DNA from: Rhodocyclaceae bacterium
GTDB taxonomy: Bacteria; Pseudomonadota; Gammaproteobacteria; Burkholderiales; Rhodocyclaceae
DNA length: 64,000 nt
Direction: 5' to 3'
Assembly (NCBI GenBank): GCA_023150275.1
Contig: JAKLLG010000002.1
Span: forward strand, 12,511 to 76,510
Shown: in pieces, positions 61,639 through 64,000 of the stretch
Numbering within the stretch: position 1 is the first letter of the stretch
Layout: every line of letters starts with the position of its first letter
Translations under genes and position numbers: made by a program
Notes under the pieces: generated by a model
What the model was told of the DNA's origin: nothing
Seen by the model: the letters and a program-made list of their open reading frames with translations, nothing else
Database searches by the model: none

Positions 61639-62142
61639 ATGTCGTTGTCGCCGATGACCCGTATTCTGCTGTTAATTCTCCTCGTGTTCGCGGTGCCTTC
61701 CGCGCGTTCGGAACATGCAGCCTCTTCAAGTCCGCGCGCATTTGTCCCCGGCTCGTACCAGAAGATCCTTGCCGACCATCGTGGAAAGCCGTTCATTCTC
61801 AGCTTCTGGTCGGTTTCCTGCACGCACTGCCCGGCTGAATTGCGCGCGCTCGCTGAACTGAAGCGGCGTTTCCCCCGGCTCGAACTCGTGGTGGTGGCAA
61901 CCGATTCACCCGAGGAAGGCGCCGAGGCAGCACGCATGGCGCGCGAGTACGGGCTGGCATCGGTGCCGCAGTGGATCTTCGCATCGGAAATGCCGGAGCG
62001 CTTGCGCTTCGAAATCGATCGTGGCTGGTATGGCGAATTGCCGCGTACCTATTTCTTCGATCGAAACCACAAGGTCGAGGCCGTGTCCGGCCTGGTTCCG
62101 GAAGCGCGGCTGCAGCGCTGGGCGCAGGAGCAACTGCGATGA
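61639..62142 (+). CDS. TlpA-like thiol:disulfide oxidoreductase (thioredoxin fold, CxxC)
   Basis: Signal peptide. FWSVSCTHCPAEL redoxin motif. Confidence 0.75.
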   Translation: MSLSPMTRILLLILLVFAVPSARSEHAASSSPRAFVPGSYQKILADHRGKPFILSFWSVSCTHCPAELRALAELKRRFPRLELVVVATDSPEEGAEAARMAREYGLASVPQWIFASEMPERLRFEIDRGWYGELPRTYFFDRNHKVEAVSGLVPEARLQRWAQEQLR

Positions 62143-62801
62143 CGGAAGCCGCTACGCATTTCTATGCGCCCGTCGAAATGCCCGAGACGAGCGGCGCGCG
62201 TCGCACGCTCTCGTTAGTCGGTATCGCGCTACTGCACGTCGCACTCATCGCGCTGATCGGTATTGCTGCAACGCGCCCTGAAATACAGGAGCCTGTCCGC
62301 GCGCTTGCCGTCCGTCTGCTCGAAACCACGCCGCCCGCCCCGCCCAGTATCGAGCCGCCGAAACCGCTGCCACAACAGGCTGCGCCAAAGAAAGTGCTGA
62401 AGCCGCCGCCGGTGCTCGCGGCCAATCGCTCTACCGACGCGCCTGCCGCATTCGCTGTTGCGCCGCAGCCTGAACCGGTCGCCGCGCAGGTCGTCCTGGC
62501 CCCCGCGCCTGTGCCGGTCACCGCTGCCCGCTTCGACGCCGACTACCTGCAGAATCCGAAGCCCGTTTACCCGCCGATGTCCCGCCGGCTCAACGAGGAA
62601 GGCAAGGTCATCCTGCGCGTGAAGGTCAGCCGTGACGGTCACCCGCTGGCTGTCGAGATCAAGCAGTCGAGCGGCTACCCTCGACTCGACGAGGCGGCGA
62701 GGAACGCCGTCGAACGCTGGCGCTTCGTGCCGGCCCGGCAGGGCGATCAGGCGATCGAAGCCGCGGTGCTGGTGCCGCTGAATTTCACATTGAACAGTTG
62801 A
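62139..62801 (+). CDS. tonB: energy transducer TonB
   Basis: ATGA overlap. Pro-rich spacer (PPAPPSIEPPKPLP) and a C-terminal TonB domain (YPPMSRRLNEEGKVILRVKVSRDGHP). Confidence 0.85.
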   Translation: MTEAATHFYAPVEMPETSGARRTLSLVGIALLHVALIALIGIAATRPEIQEPVRALAVRLLETTPPAPPSIEPPKPLPQQAAPKKVLKPPPVLAANRSTDAPAAFAVAPQPEPVAAQVVLAPAPVPVTAARFDADYLQNPKPVYPPMSRRLNEEGKVILRVKVSRDGHPLAVEIKQSSGYPRLDEAARNAVERWRFVPARQGDQAIEAAVLVPLNFTLNS

Positions 62802-62814
62802 ACGAGGAATAGAC

Positions 62815-63549
62815 ATGCGAATGGAAATGGGATTGGCGCAGTTCTGGGCACAAGGCGACGCAGTCACGCATTTCGTGGCGATCCTGCTCCTCGGGCTGTC
62901 GCTCGCCAGTTGGTACGTGATGGCCGGCAAGATCCACGGTGTCTGGCAGGCCCGCCGCTGCCACCTGCGCGCGCAGAACGCTTTCTGGGGCGCGGAATCG
63001 CTGCCGGCCGCCATCGAAGCGATCCGCAGCGAGGACAAGACCGGCATCCTTGCCGGGCTTGCCATCGCCGGCGCCAACGCCGCCGAACTGCACCGCCAGC
63101 ATGCCGCGCGCGGCATCGGCGCCGGCGTCTCGGCGAGCGAGTTCGTCACGCGCGCGGTCAGGAGCCAGATCGTCGAATCGCAGGCGAAGATCGAGTCGGG
63201 CCTCACCTTCCTCGCCTCGGTCGGCTCCACCGCGCCGTTCATCGGCCTCTTCGGCACCGTCTGGGGTATCTACCATGCGCTGGTCGGCCTCTCCGGCGCC
63301 ACACAGGTGGTGCTCGACAAGGTTGCCGGCCCGGTCGGCGAGGCGCTGATCATGACTGCCGCCGGCCTCTTCGTGGCGATTCCGGCTGTGCTCGCCTACA
63401 ACGCCTTCACGCGAGCCAACCGGCTGACGCTGGCGCGCCTGGACGGCTTTGCGCACGACCTGCACGCCTACCTCACCACCGGTCTGCGCGGCCGCCCCGG
63501 CGACAAGCTCGTCGACCTCGCCGCAGTGCGCGGCGCGAAGAGCGCGTAA
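62815..63549 (+). CDS. exbB: MotA/TolQ/ExbB proton channel
   Basis: LASVGSTAPFIGLFGTVWGI motif. Confidence 0.85.
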   Translation: MRMEMGLAQFWAQGDAVTHFVAILLLGLSLASWYVMAGKIHGVWQARRCHLRAQNAFWGAESLPAAIEAIRSEDKTGILAGLAIAGANAAELHRQHAARGIGAGVSASEFVTRAVRSQIVESQAKIESGLTFLASVGSTAPFIGLFGTVWGIYHALVGLSGATQVVLDKVAGPVGEALIMTAAGLFVAIPAVLAYNAFTRANRLTLARLDGFAHDLHAYLTTGLRGRPGDKLVDLAAVRGAKSA

Positions 63550-63558
63550 GGAGCCGCC

Positions 63559-63981
63559 ATGTCCTTCGGTTCCTTCGACAGCGGCGGCATGACGCAGCCG
63601 ATGGCCGAGATCAACACCACGCCGCTCGTCGACGTGATGCTCGTGCTGCTGGTCATCTTCATCATTACCGCGCCGCTCTTCCATCAGGCGGTGCCGGTCG
63701 ATCTGCCCAAGGTCGATTCGACGAAGCTGGATGACAAGCCGCGCGTCGTGGCCGTTGCCATCGATGGCGAGGGTGATGTGTATGTCGACAGTGAGCGCAT
63801 CGATCGCAACGAAGTGCACGCGCTGGAGGCGCGCTTCGAGTCGCTGGTCGCCGCTGGCGGCGAGCCGGAGCTGCATCTGCGCGCCGATCGCGGCACGCGC
63901 TACGAGCGCGTCACCGAAGTGCTGGCGGCGGCACAGAAGGCGGGACTGGTGAAGATCGCGTTCGTGACGGAAAAAAAATAG
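63559..63981 (+). CDS. exbD: biopolymer transport protein ExbD/TolR
   Basis: INTTPLVDVMLVLLVIFIITAP motif. RBS AAGGAG. Confidence 0.85.
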   Translation: MSFGSFDSGGMTQPMAEINTTPLVDVMLVLLVIFIITAPLFHQAVPVDLPKVDSTKLDDKPRVVAVAIDGEGDVYVDSERIDRNEVHALEARFESLVAAGGEPELHLRADRGTRYERVTEVLAAAQKAGLVKIAFVTEKK

Positions 63982-64000
63982 CAATCCATTGAATGTCGCC

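Overview
High-GC (~65%) betaproteobacterial chromosome window that looks Rhodocyclales-like (Thauera/Azoarcus/Aromatoleum); the organism assignment is inferred from gene content, not from any database search. Most of the window is ordinary core genome, including alaS, ald, ltaE, algC/manB, waaF, ilvE, mnmA, purB, queA-tgt-yajC-secD-secF, tRNA-Leu(CAA), a nirE / nirS-cupredoxin-nirC denitrification cluster, a TonB-dependent receptor, and tlpA-like-tonB-exbB-exbD. Three regions stand out. (1) An ~11.4 kb, nine-gene, single-strand operon at ~28.6-40.1 kb sits immediately downstream of purB and its small downstream gene. It is bracketed by a diverged partial duplicate of that small gene and driven by a near-consensus sigma70 promoter embedded in a perfect palindrome. 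It encodes YjfI(DUF2170)-like, PspA/IM30-like, a tandem ribbon-helix-helix protein, a YqiJ/NfeD-like membrane protein, a 700-aa flotillin, a double zf-TFIIB-type zinc-ribbon protein, a 325-aa hypothetical, a 1758-aa multidomain protein with a C-terminal AAA+ (AAA_5-like) ATPase, and a small TerB-like protein. This is the best candidate for an undescribed membrane-stress/remodelling or defence-type system. A DUF4143 AAA+ ATPase follows it. (2) A c-di-GMP/two-component signalling neighbourhood at 7.9-23 kb contains tandem EAL-HDOD paralogs, a REC-REC-HK, a REC-HD-GYP regulator, and a 1571-aa multi-PAS hybrid kinase with an internal duplication. (3) An atypical low-GC patch at 4.04-4.53 kb encodes a small membrane protein. 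Many long antisense ORFs in the six-frame track are GC-driven artefacts and were rejected.
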